This document shows, piece by piece, positions 42,736 through 56,319 of a stretch of 64,000 bases of DNA. The notes under the pieces are model-generated. The model did no database searches. It saw only the letters and a list, made by a program, of their open reading frames with translations, and was not told the origin of the DNA. Each line of letters begins with the position of its first letter. Positions within the stretch are counted from its first letter, which is position 1. Location of the stretch: assembly GCF_000150275.1 (NCBI RefSeq), contig NW_002060943.1, forward strand, positions 2,880,462-2,944,461. The letters run 5' to 3'. Both the position numbers and the translations under genes were made by a program. Origin of the DNA: Trichoplax adhaerens. Lineage: Eukaryota > Animalia > Placozoa.

Positions 42736-45700
42736 AGGTGAAACCGTCTGATAAATAAAATATTACTTACATACAATAAGTTTGATTTCGAATAATTTAT
42801 AAAGCAGTATTTACTGACCGAACCAGAAATTGAAATAAGCAATAGCGTCAAAGTAAAGTTCAGCTTTATTACAATAATTATAGCTAAGAAAACAAGTAGA
42901 TAGTTGATCCTTTCTTTATTAGTGAATAGATGACCTGTTAGATAAACGTTTAAACGGAGTAAAATAGCAGATTCTAATATCTAGAAACAACGTTATTAAC
43001 GTATTATTCAGCCTAGATTCATTTACTGCAATTAATACCATCAATTTGTAAGCTTTCTTATCTGTTAAATACAAATTGGCATCGCCTACATGAAGATATA
43101 ATGTTTTCATTATGTCGGTAAACAATAATTTCAATCTTAAGGCTATTGCATATAGTAATTATGTAATGATGAATATCGAACTTTAGACTCATCATTTATA
43201 TTGCACTTAAGAAATTTAATCGCTAAATTTGGATACCAATAATTACAGGAATTTATTGAATAAATAATATTTCAATACATTAGAATAGATAGACGATAAA
43301 AGGTGTCCTAAACAAATTAATATGCTGAGTGCTAGAATAAATATTTATTTTGAGAGCACCCTTGCGAGATAGATTCATACTGTTATATGTATAACCTAGG
43401 TGCTAGTAGGCTGTATTTGTATGTATTAAATACATTAATTAAGTGTCATTCTAAACACTCTGCCTATGACTCATTCCAATTTGAACAGAAGAAATTCTTT
43501 AAAACTTTAATATAAATGGGTTCGAATGAATAGCTGTTAAAAATTATTTAAGCAAAAATTCAATATTTTAATTCAAGGCTGTTATAGTTATTATATTCAA
43601 AAAACTGATAAAAACAAGAAAATGCTATAGAGTTACGTCATTGGCGCCATATTATATTTGGTTATTAAGATAATTGTTATTGAAAAATAGTATCTGAATA
43701 ATCACTTCATTTATGATTACAGAAATAGTTTTATAGAATTTCAATTTTAGTATACAGTGCAATGAAAAGGCGAAGGTCGAAGAAATAGTTACTAAGCTAC
43801 CATTGCAAAATGGCATCTAAATAACCAGTTTATTTATGGTTAAATATACATAATTTTATATCATTTCAATTTTAATGCACAGTGCTATGAAAAGGAAATA
43901 GTTAAACAAATAGCTACTGTTCTATCATGTGCAAATTTACCGAAGTAGTTTTTCGTCCTAAGTTAATAACACAACCCATTAACAAATTACTACACAGCTA
44001 CAAAGAGTAATTTAAACGTAGTATAAGCTTATTAAAATACTTAAAAGTTTGTTTGCAACAATGATAAATGATACACTAGATCGATTATGGTATCGGCAAA
44101 CATTTAAAACAACAACAAACAATAACTAAACTTTTACAGTCACTTATTGGTGCCTCTTTCAATCTTGCAATAATTAGAAAGATTGAATTTATATTCACAA
44201 CATAATTGAACTATCGGACACTATCGAGAGACATCGATTACAATTAAAATCATGACGGCAGTTTTCTAATTTAAGACTCTTACGTAGAGCTAACTTCCTA
44301 CTTGTCAGTATTGTAAATTACTTGTCATAATGATAGTTGATATAGTAATCGTAATAAATTTTCAAACTTGAAATATAATGTATTGAAATGATCAAGTTTA
44401 ATTAATTTTTAATATTGTGTTGTCTTTTAAAAATAATGAATGATAATTTAAATTCGTAGAAAAGCATTGGTGCTTATCGTATTGTATCCATTTCAATCAA
44501 TTTTGATCAAGTATTGTATAATTGCTTGACATTAGCTAAAGAAGCTCTTTCAACTACACAGAATTTATTGTAGAAGTCCAATCTATTTTAAAACATCTAC
44601 TTTGTTATTTAGGCATTGAATAGATAGAATTGAAAAGTTGGACTGGTAACTAATATTGGTAATTGTCAACTCTGGCGCCGTGCAACGGAAACCCCATTAT
44701 ATCATCTTAGACTACTTAGACTACCTGGCGCTATTTCAACTTCCTTCCTATTCCTACTCTTACAGAGTCGATATCTTAAGAGTAAATTTCCACTCAATAA
44801 TAAATGAGACATAAATTTCTTATCTATCTGCATTAAATATAATAAAATTACATGAAGATCCAATATTATTATAAAATCTTTTACATGAGAATTAATTAAT
44901 TAATCAATCTGTTTTGTCCAATTAGAGATTATTTTTAATTAATTACTATAAAATTTACTTTCATCAATATGAATCAATATTGTCTGTTTAGAGATTATGT
45001 TTAATCGTGAAGAATTTCAAATTAAGCCTCCGTTTCGTCTTGGTGATATGCCTTTGATGATTCCCATATCCTAAATTGATGAAAGTATTTTCTCGAGGTT
45101 ATCAAATTATTTGCTATAATTTATACGAGGCAGTTATTTTATAATTGTAAATGAAGGAAATTACTGTGAATGAAATAAGGTATATTAATACTGGGTATAT
45201 GAATTTTACCTAAAATACAGACGATAATTGTAAGATAGAATATTTTCTCAGATAACATTATCTGAGGTCAGAATAATACGGTAGTATCCGCTATTTTAAT
45301 AAATTATCAAGTTTAAAATAAAATTTCAATTCATTATTATACGCCAAACTTAAGCAGTTGAATAACGCTAACTGCGACAAATTTCCTTATTTAATGTAGG
45401 CGCACGCGGAGACAACCAAATTTCGAATTAATTAAAGAAATGAGATAATAATTGGATATAAACTTTTTTTTTACTCATTGATCATGGATGGCAGAAGTGA
45501 TTGAAATTGAAAATTATTTCTTACACGCACGCTTCCTTCAAGAATGTAATTTTAATACATAGCTAGACTTATAACTACAGCGGAAATAGCAAGATTTTTA
45601 AAATTGAAATTTAAAAATATGGACTTTTCATTATTTTATCTAGCTAAGTCATTAATAATAAGTATCATTTGTGTCTAACATATTTAGAACTCGTCATAAA

Positions 45701-45999
45701 ATTAATGTAGCCTAAAACTTGTAAATTGTAAAGTAAAGTAATGTATTAAGTATATTTACTCCTAACCTAGCTATCTGCAAAGCTGATGAAGAATATCGTA
45801 ACTCTTTCTACACGATTGTAAAATATCTCACCTTCAACATTACTTAAAATATATTAAGATGTATAAATTTTTAAACTATTTTTTACAGTGATTCTAGCTA
45901 ATCTCATACCAGCCAGTTTACTGTTACCAATAGATTATTTTTCCTATTTCTGCTGTGCTTCTAATTGAGTTCGAGCTTTTATCTGTCATCGCCGTAAAA

Positions 46000-46927
46000 T
46001 CACTCAGATTAATTTAAAGATATGGATGCTGAAGAATTGACGTAAAATTCGCATCAGTGAACATTAACAACGAAAAGTTTGTTCAATTTACCCATTATAT
46101 TTCGACATTGATAGCAAATTTAAAATTTGCTATCGCACTATATTGTCAATTTTCTTTCTCGGAGTTTGTCGTGTAAATTATACTGTAAATATTGAAAGCA
46201 GCTTACGAAAGGCAACTAATCTTCTCTTTCGATCAGAAAAGATGGATACAGAATCAATGCGCAAGTAGAATGATTACTATGGCATAATCAGAATAATTTA
46301 TAGTCATTTATGAAGTTATTTTTTTCCCTAACATCATGCCAAGTAGACATAATAATTGGACATATACTACATATCATCACTTGGACTTTGCGTTAAATCG
46401 AAAGGATTTTGCTTCTAATTTTAAAAAAGACTCAACCTTTAAGATCAAGAATATATTTAGAATATTTTCCAAAATTTATAAAGCATATCATAGAGATAGC
46501 TCAATTCTTTTCTAGGATACGATGGCTTGATAATCAAGTTTTATGTCCACGATTTTCTATTCGGATGGTTGGAGAAACTATCTTGTCATCAGGAAGCAAA
46601 TATTGTAATAATGCAACGAAAATTCCTTCAGTGATTAACGGAACTACCATTTCGTACTGTATCCTTCCACTTTCTTCTATTATCCCATAACTACAGAATT
46701 TGAATTATCTTTATTAACCAATGGAGATAAAAATAGTTTCAAATTACTGGCGTAAGATAAATCTAATAAGTTATGAAAGCATGCTGCAAAAGATATTAAA
46801 GCTCCAGTGCAAATAAATGCACTTGGATGATAGATAATGATCCAGGCTTACATAAAATATAAACCAAATACAACACGAGCTTTAATGGAATAGATCTTGT
46901 TTTCCTTGGAGAATCATCTCAGAGAAC
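46000..46927 (-). pseudogene. Remnant resembling an ionotropic glutamate receptor (M2-M3-S2 region)
   Basis: After acceptor ttttctgaag| it reads FSEMILQG, then after a frameshift SIKARVVFGLYFM*AWIII...FHNLLDL. The order and spacing resemble WFS...QG / SxSARxVxGxWWxFxxIII / IxSxEDL. Confidence 0.35.
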
Positions 46928-47992
46928 CTTCAGAAAACAAATGATATTTACCTAATATTTACTTTGCAGGCTAAATGATGGATTTCTGCTAAGATTATTC
47001 AACTAAAAATATCATTTTAATGTCTCCCTTCCTATATCATTACCTCGAATTTGAATTTTTAACCTATCTTAGGGCATCAGCGTAATACTGCTTCAGATTC
47101 AGTTCGCAAATTAGATATTAAAAGGGCATAAAAACTAGGACAAAAAATATTCTAATCAACATTTGCTAGCTTTACCTTGGCAAACTACGCTGCGTAGACT
47201 ATCGTGTAAAAAGCTAGCAGCAAAGAAATTACTTTATCAACGATCATGCAGTTCTTAAACAGTGCGAGGCAAAGAAATTTACATTTATAGATGTTATGTT
47301 ATTCCACAAATAGTAGTATTAATGACTAGGCTAAAATACTATAGATAAACTGCACTTTGATTTCGGTATGAAGTAGGAATGAACTAAATTTTAGCTCGGG
47401 TAGCTAAAAATAATGTACACATTTACGATTGAAGACTTTTATAAGCAGTATTTACTTATTTTACTTGTCCCTGGTAGAATGGTAAATGGTAAGATCATTC
47501 TGAAAGAATTTGGAAAAGTCTGGTTTATGTCTTGTATAAAGATTACCAAATCGTTCTGCAAGAAGTATCAATTAGGGTGTTATTAATGTAACTGGTTTAT
47601 TCTTAGAATAAGCGAAATACCAAGATACATTAATAAATATCATATCAATGATATGTTAACATATAGGGCAAAGGCTAATAAACTTATTGTGAAAATTCGA
47701 CAGTATCATTAATTCTGAACGAAATTTTAAATTCAATTCCAAATTTTATGCACAGATACTGTATTGTTCGTTAAGATTGCAAAGTTTGAATGCATAACTC
47801 AATACTTATACCGTAGTGAATTTAAAGTTAATAGAAAGGTATTACAACAAATTTTAGCGAGGATAGATAATTGCTTATCTTTGAAGTAATAACGGTAATT
47901 GCCATCTAGCGATGGATTATTCTATGTTTACAAATTAAAATAGAAATACTTATAATGTTTACGGTAATATATTATAAGTTGGAGTTTCCAAT

Positions 47993-49027
47993 TTATGCCA
48001 ATATGGCATCGGAAGCGTTGCAGTAATACTGATGTAGATACTTTAATTTCTTACGAAGTGATCTATTGGTAATAATATAAGCCAATGGATTAAGTGCAGT
48101 GGTAATTAAACATATTAAGTGTATTAAATTAACTTGATTAATCGATACTCTGAATAACACGTTCGATTTATACTCACAATGTACCAGTAATACCATAGCT
48201 AATGGTATTAAACACACAAGATGCGCTATAGTAATAAAAAGTGTTATAGCAATGGATTTACGGATATTTATAGCATGTTTAGGAAATGCTTTTACTTTAG
48301 TATTGTATTTACCTTTAATAAGGGCAATTATGAAAATGATGCTATAGCAAATTAAGACAGTACATATAGTTAAGAATAATAAGGCTATTAATATCATAAG
48401 ATACAAACGATAGGTTGTATGAAATAATTCGATTTTTTCAGTTTCTGATTCGATAGGTTCTGTCGAATGCGATCGTTGTTGTGGAATGCGATCTAGCATA
48501 ATTAAGAAAAAGATCAACGGAACTACGGCAATAATTAGAGCTGAGCACCATGTTAAAATTAATAGGTTGACCAATTTTTTTCTTGTCACCATACCAGTAT
48601 AATTATACGGAGAGGCAATGGCAAAGCATCGATCAATATTGACGGCCATCATCATGATTAAAGATATCCCGAATATAAACAGCAAGAAGGAATTTAAAAT
48701 TTGATATAAGACCAAAGTCGTCATCGAGTATTGCATTACATTAACGATGATGTGGAAAGGTATTACAACCAATGCCATTAATAAATTGGCTGATGCTAAG
48801 TTCGCTAAGAAAATATTGTTGGTACTTCTTAATTCAGGCCATCGATAAATCACGGATAAATACGTGACATTGCCTAGAGTGCTAAGGACCACTATAGCTG
48901 CATAAACGATATTTAAATAAATGGAATTGGATAGACCCATCTGCATTCCATATGTACCTTTTGTTGCGTTGGATCCAAGCACAGACAAGATTGAAGATGA
49001 ATCTACGGAAAGTATGGATTCCATCAT
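47993..49027 (-). CDS. Orphan rhodopsin-like (class A) GPCR, single exon, 344 aa
   Basis: Seven hydrophobic segments; N-glycosylation site NAT; GN in TM1, NLAxxNL in TM2, DRC in TM3, W in TM4, CxxP in TM6, NPxxY in TM7, helix 8 with Cys. Confidence 0.93.
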   Translation of the reverse strand: MMESILSVDSSSILSVLGSNATKGTYGMQMGLSNSIYLNIVYAAIVVLSTLGNVTYLSVIYRWPELRSTNNIFLANLASANLLMALVVIPFHIIVNVMQYSMTTLVLYQILNSFLLFIFGISLIMMMAVNIDRCFAIASPYNYTGMVTRKKLVNLLILTWCSALIIAVVPLIFFLIMLDRIPQQRSHSTEPIESETEKIELFHTTYRLYLMILIALLFLTICTVLICYSIIFIIALIKGKYNTKVKAFPKHAINIRKSIAITLFITIAHLVCLIPLAMVLLVHCEYKSNVLFRVSINQVNLIHLICLITTALNPLAYIITNRSLRKKLKYLHQYYCNASDAILA

Positions 49028-52000
49028 GACTGATATACCAACTAAAGGGAAATAGAAAGAGGTTTAATGCTATCCGCTATATATACCTTTGGCTATGGGT
49101 GGATCAGAGGAAGTGCGGAAACAAAAAGTGATTATTAGAATAAATGCATCAACAAAGTTCATACTTGACAGTTTATGTTATCAACAACCTTTTCAAAATA
49201 ATTGATTATTCAATTAAATAATTAATTCAACCCGACAATATCTTCAGTATATCTAGTTACAGCCTGTGTTATTATTCATTTGTTTACCTAAACTTATATT
49301 GCTATCCAGGATAAGATCGACTATCATTCAGTGTAAAATAATTAGCGGAAAATAAAATCCTTTTTAAACAATAAATTCTTTTATGAAAAAAAGAAAAAAT
49401 AGAAAGAGATGATGCTGACCATTGTCGCTGAATGAGTCTTGATTTTTGTCTTGATTATCGTAGTAGAAATTAAAAATTAAAGATTACCATTAATCACTAA
49501 ATATCTTTTTTCTATTGGGATATTAGTTTGATGACAATATAAACTCATTTTAAAAGAGTATACTATCGCATTTATTTATACTCTACGATACTTTCTTCAT
49601 TATTGGCTCAATGATGACAATAAATTATACTCATGTATGATAAACTCTAATATAGCTTACGTTACTAACTTGACTGCTAGGGCATAAGTACTTTCAATTG
49701 GTAAAGGGTAAACCGGATCAGAGCCATAAAACGGATTAGATATTTAGTTGTACCCTAGATACATCGGCAACTTCCACTGTCACAACTTGCACTCTATATT
49801 TCTGAACAAGGTTTCCTTCCTTGTCAGTTCAACGCCTAGACGACTGCTAGAATGGTATATCCTTCTTTAAGGTACCGATACGTAAGTAGATATAGTAATA
49901 TACTGTATGATTAAACAATAACTCAGCAGTAAACATCAATGCGAAACACTTGATTAATTGCTCTAAACTACTGTTTCATTTAAAAAATTATTAAATAATA
50001 ACGGCGACTTACAGGTCGCAAAATTGACTGTTTTTATTAGAATAACAAACAAAACGGTAACTCAGTAGCTACTAGGAAGTCCTTAATTAATTAATCATAA
50101 AGAAAAAATTTATTCATTCAGCTATTATTAAGCAATGAAATGGCGCTCTCAATTCCTCTTAGAAATGATTCAATAATCTTGAATTGATTGTTTTCATAAC
50201 TGATGCCTTATATACAACTAGTCTAATTGTTTACTTTGCCAAATTAATTTATCCTTCCATTAGCCAATCCTGTCTCATTATTGTCGTATCTATTGCATAG
50301 ACAAATGTAATACAGTAGTAAAGCCTACGAGTATTCCCAATAGTTAATTCATTCATCAATTCAGCCTCTTTTCAGACGGCAGGGGACATAAAATCCCTAT
50401 TCTAATAAAATATAAATGAAAACTAGCCTAATATCTTTACAACCGTTTTCCATATACTCGAAATCACATTTATGATATGATATCATGTAATTTTGGAAAA
50501 CTGCTGAACATATATCTTAATGTTGGAAGCGCATCAAGTAGTTTCAATATCTTTTAATCATTCTAATAGTATGTATAACCTTAAAGCCGCATCTGCTAGA
50601 TTAATATTTTTAATCTTTTAGCTACTATACTTCATGAGACTATGCTTCGGAATTGTTAAATCTAGGAATTAATTTTATAGTACACAAATTTTTTTGTCCT
50701 TTTGTTGCAATCTTAAGCTGCGATGTTCGCATAGAATACAAGAATGGCACCGGTAATCAACTCTGCTTGTATTATAAACATTGTTCATCGTCCAGGGCTA
50801 TGATAATGTCAGTGTTAATAGCACCTTCAAATGTCAAAAAAAATTAATAAATAATCTTTCTTTTAAATATAATACCGTCCGCAATTAAGATTAATGTTGT
50901 TTTTGAAACTATCATTCTCTAAAGATTTTATTAATTATTGAATAATTACTTGTAGATGTTGCGATGATTATTAATATTGCACTTATCCTTTAGTGTTTAA
51001 GCATTGAATATTATTATGCATTTCGCTGTATCATAACGATACAGTTGATTTGGATTCTGCTCAATTGCAATGTGATCAATTATCAGAAATAGTTTCTTAA
51101 GGAAACAAAAGATGAATCGCTAACAGAATGACCTCCTATAGTATCGAAATTGATTATTCTTTAGGATTGCAATTAACTTTTTTCCATCTTTCCAGAAGAC
51201 AATAATTGAAAGAAGAAAACAATTAATCATGCTTTCTCACCGCTTTCGCTATTTTAATAGCTATCATTATTCTGTTATTATCAGTAAATTCAACTCATGC
51301 TTTAGGAAGTATTGGATAATATTGCTTATTTTGCTAAGTCATACTTGATGGAATACGATAAGATTCTGTCAAATTGCAACGTGATGATACGTTACACGAT
51401 ATAGTTCCATAAGCAAGGATAAATTGTTAACAGAATTGCTTTCCACAGTATGGAAATTGAATATTGCGAAGAAATTTAATTTAATTTTTCCTTCATTTTT
51501 ACAGTAAACAATAAGTAGAAGAAGGAAATAATCAGTCACGTTTTCTTACCACGCTTCACATTATAATATTTATCATTATTTTAGATCTCATTTATAATCC
51601 GTATTTTATCAAGTTGATGTGATAGATTCTCTTCATTAAACATAAAGAACATCTGAACGAAGAAATTAGATTAATGTCTTACTCAATGTTCTCTCATTAG
51701 TTTCATGGATATTTGACGCTCTTTCAATTAAGGGAAATCTACTTTAAATATAAAGCACATACTCACATTACTTATTGTTTATTGATAGCTAACCCAACCC
51801 ATTCAAAATATAGAGCGAATAATGTATCTGTCCAATTAATGTTATACTCAATATAAAATCATTTTTATCATGTCAACAAAGTTGATGATTTAAACGAATT
51901 AAGCAGGTTGCAATTTAGACTATCTATTACTTCATCTTAATTAACGATGATTATATAATAGTACAATTAATTATATGAGCCGCACAATAACACCAGTATC

Positions 52001-54045
52001 AAATTAAACATCAATAAATGTGTGTAGCCCCTGATTTAATTTTATCCTATTCGTAATTTTATTCATACGGTTTAAAAACTATCGTATTCAGGTAGAACCT
52101 TCTCTAATAAGACAGAAACATACAAATCATTTCCGAAGGAAAGAGAGCAATAGTCATACCGTAGAAATATTGCAAAAGGGATCATTATTAAATTATTATC
52201 TTCGTTCAATTCTCCAATTTAGAGGCAGATATCGAAAGAATCTTGAAAAGATCAGGATTATGTTTCCTTAAAAATCAGTAGCATCAAACAAGATAAATAA
52301 ATAGGATATAATATATTCTTTCATCTTTAAGGAGATAGGAATACTGATAAATTTATTTTATACCCTGGGGAATAGACATGCAAAGAAGATGTACTATGGA
52401 TTTTCTGTACTGTACATTTTTAATAACCATTTTATAATGACATAGTTGTAGCTAATATCCAAATAACATTTATAACGTCCATTTTCCGAACCGTAATTGT
52501 TAGCGCCTTTGCGTCTAAATGCCTTCAGGACGCGAATTTTCGTCTTACTTTCCATGTTTGACGTCAGAAAGAACAAATGCAAATTGTCACTTGATTACAA
52601 ATAATATCTTTTTCCAGAGCGTACTGGCAAATTCTTTGCCCTATTTCAAGGACACCCTCACTTAGGATTATTCTGTTTAATTTCCGTGAACATAATGTGG
52701 GCGCTTCCATCATGAGGCAATTTGGATGGAGGAAGATTTTCACATTTCCTCTTTTCCTAACGCTTAAAATTTAGGAAATAATTTTATCATTTCACATTTA
52801 TGCATCTATCAACAATAGCTTATCCTCTACTCTCTAGTACAATATTTTATGACAGTTCCAAATCTTCGTTTGTCGGTCCCATCTAGCAGAAAAATGAGTA
52901 AGACGAAGTTTGCTTGCTATCAAATCAAATGAAATATTTGAATTTGAAACAAATTCAGCTAGTGCGAATGAATAAATCTGTTTTAATCACTATTTGATAC
53001 TAGTTACACGTAGATTTTGTCATTTCTAGTATTATGAAATTATGTAGGATACCAAGTATTGTAGAATTTCAATATTTTAATTTTAAATGCAATACTCACT
53101 TATCAAATGATTGATTTATTATATTATGTTTATGTCTAAATCAAGAAGACAGATCAATAGATCAATTTACGCCGGTTTTGCCGGTTATCATATCATCAGG
53201 CTGCTTTAAATTATTTCTTTAAATGGAAAAAAACTTCATATATACAAAAATTAAGCTGCTAAATTGTCCTAGTAGTCCTTATTCTATCAGGATTATTCAC
53301 TTTCATTATAGCTAGAGCCATATATAAGCCTGAAAGACGGCTAAAAATTGAATCGAAGTATGATCTATTCCTTGGAAATATCATAAGAATCGTGTCGAAA
53401 ATTTGAAACCTCCATAATTTACGCCCTCTCCACACTCTAAGAATTGGTTGGATAAAATTAGGTGTTATAAATATCAGGTAATTACATAAATATTGTAGGG
53501 TAGCTTAACTTGGGTACTATGAGAACTTTATATCAGTTCTTACCCTTTATTTAGCCAGAGTCCATTTTCAATCATTTTCATCCGGTCTGTTTCGATCGAT
53601 TCGCCATAGGAATACTGGCAGAATGGCCAAATAAAAACCATTAACTTCTATCATATCCATAATAGGATTCTATTCTATGTCAAAGGTTGGTTAAAATATT
53701 ATTCCACTATTATTTTAACGTATTCTGACGATATTGTTACAGTATAAATGTTGAAGCCACTCCAAATTCGTTACTCGAAAGGAATAGTATGGACACCTAT
53801 ACACAGGATATGACATAAAATTAAAAATAGGCAGGCCAACCCGATCTAATATGGAAAGTTATTTTTGGGAATTGAGAATGGTTGTTAAGTATAGATCTTA
53901 TCTGTCTTGTATGGATTCTTTTTTTATTTAGTATTTGTCTATGCTGAAGCTTATTTAATTCCTGCACATAGGAACAAGTCCTCATAGCATAAGTTCGATT
54001 TGAGAGTACTTTCATCTCGTTTTCACCATCCACGAAATATTAAAG

Positions 54046-56319
54046 ATGCGTTCATGTTATAGTATAGCCATCGTTGTAGCTCTATTTTTTGCTCATGGAT
54101 ATGGTCTTTATTCTTTAGCGAACAATAAAAATTCCGAAGCCATCACCATCCGAGGAAATGGTAAAAGAGGATCGAAAAGCACTCATTACTTGTCATTTCA
54201 CAATTTTACAAATGTTGATAAACTTGCCGACACTCTAGCTCAGCACGTTAATATAACCCATTTGACATTGGAAGACGGGCAACTGGGTCATCTTGGAGAT
54301 CAAAACTGGCCAATTTTACCATTTCTAACTACGCTAGATATCAGTCGTGTCCGATTTGAGGAAATTAACATAAAATGGCTATCTCAACTGCCTTCACTAA
54401 CAGCTTTAACCGTCACCAATTGTCGACTCCAGCGCATTCCCAGTAGCCAATATCAAATCTTGCCAAGATTGAAATTTCTCAATTTGTCCCATAATCAAAT
54501 CAAAAGGATTTTATGTCATGATTTACGATCCTATCCCGGTTTGCTGCAGTTAAATTTAGATTTTAACACAATATTCGATATTGGTAGCGACAACTGCTCT
54601 CGTAGTCTATTCCCTTCAGCATTGCGAAGGTTATCCTTAGCGGAAAACTCCTTTCAAGAGATTTCTATTTATGCCTTTGATGGTCTACATCAACTAGTTA
54701 GTTTAGATATTAGTTCTAATAAATTACAAACCTTCCGTCAAGGTACCTTTGAATCACTACCGGCTTTAAAATGGCTCAATTTCGCAAATCAGAAGATCAA
54801 GAATAACCAAGCTTTTCATTACAATCCCAAAATATTCAAACCCTTTAATAGAAATACAGATTTGAATGTTACTATTCATCACATAGCCCAATGTAATTAC
54901 TGTGACTTATTACTACAACTACAAAATTGGCTAATTGGTGTTCATCACCAGTACCAAATTTTAAACTACAGAAAAATTCAATGCCACTCTAGCAGTATTA
55001 TTTATCCTAATCGATTAATTGTCTCTCTAGATGATCTAAATCGCACTTGTTCAACTGATGATAATAATACTCCAAGCGTAAATAACAGAGGCGAAAATTG
55101 CTGGTCATTAATTTTCTTTTTCGTGGGTATCATTTTCATAGCCATGGTAATTATTATTTGCGTTCTGGTTTATGATCGATTTCTTAGACAAAGATCCTTG
55201 CGTAAATGTTCGAATAGTAGTTGTAGCTCAAATTTTGCTGCCCGGACTTCGTCTCAAGATGCAACCAATAGCAATACACCGTCGTTAACTAATTCAAGTG
55301 AAAATTTAAGAAGATGTCAATCGCTAAACACTGATGGCTATATGGACGCAGCATCATCGGTAAATTCATGCCATATTAATGAAACCATAGATCTTCGTAA
55401 TATGCCAAAAAAATTTCACTTGAGCGACGATATCCATTCTAAACTACAAGCACTTGGCGTGAATAATCCACAGATGGTCATTAATGAACTATTTAAATTA
55501 AGACAGCAAGATTCTGAAATGTTTATAAATGAACAAACACAATCCATGAATAATGAAACATATAAGAAATCAAATCAACATAATGGAAGTAATATAAATT
55601 TGAAGGATGATGATGAGAGTGATTTAAGTAATGTTGATATGGAAACCAAAGATCCGGATGCAGTTGTGGAGCCACACGATAAAAGAGGAAGTCTACCATA
55701 TGACTGCCTACACCGGATGGTGATCGAGCAAGATCGTGATTCAGATTGCGAGAATAATTTGCAAGGTAATAGTAAAATAGAGACGCCAATAAATACCTTA
55801 AAAATAGCTAATTTATGCATGATATTAATCAATAAATTAAGATAGTATCTAAGACTGCGTTTATAGATATTGACAGTGGGATGAAAAATGATTTGAAATG
55901 TTACTAATAATCCTATAGGTGAAACTAACACTATGAGTAACCAACTAGCAGTAATGAATACAGAGAGTAATCAAAAAGAGTTGGCAGAAAAGGGAGAAAG
56001 TGATAATAATACAACATTGCTTAAGATATCGCCAGTAGAAATGGAAGATACAGAAGGATGTCCTTCTCTTAAATTTACAACAGTCTCGAAAGAGCAAGCT
56101 TATGGACAAGTTAGTAATTTTTTATATGTATAATAATAAAATATCATATCATGATAGTTCTAGGTATAGTAGAAAGTAAAGTGTTCTGTTTATTGATTAA
56201 TTATATGTTGTTAAAGTTGAATGATAATTGACTTCAAAGACTATTTATTGCCTTAATTATGGTGCTTTTCAGGTCGAAAATACAGTTCAGAAGATTCCAG
56301 TAATGAAAGTCTAGGCTAG
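54046..56319 (+). CDS. Single-pass leucine-rich-repeat transmembrane receptor without a TIR domain; exons 54046-55765, 55919-56109/56113, 56273-stop (56314 or 56319)
   Basis: Signal peptide; about 8 LxxLxLxxN repeats; LRRCT (CNYCDLLLQLQNW...C...C); TM segment WSLIFFFVGIIFIAMVIIICVLVY; long Ser/Asn/acidic tail. Phase-1 intron 55766-55918 joins the ORF at 55933. The 3' end is ambiguous. Confidence 0.88.

Noticed and set aside
46110-46134. 25-bp near-perfect palindrome GATAGCAAATTT-A-AAATTTGCTATC
   Set aside because: Real, but AT-rich, isolated and inside a decayed region, with no functional context.
52470-52882. Second (pseudogenised) netrin NTR domain: KYCTRE, ILSVRKRG, *GCP…GKRYYL
   Set aside because: The resemblance needs several frame switches and no LE exons are recognisable upstream; kept only as an unidentified decayed frame.
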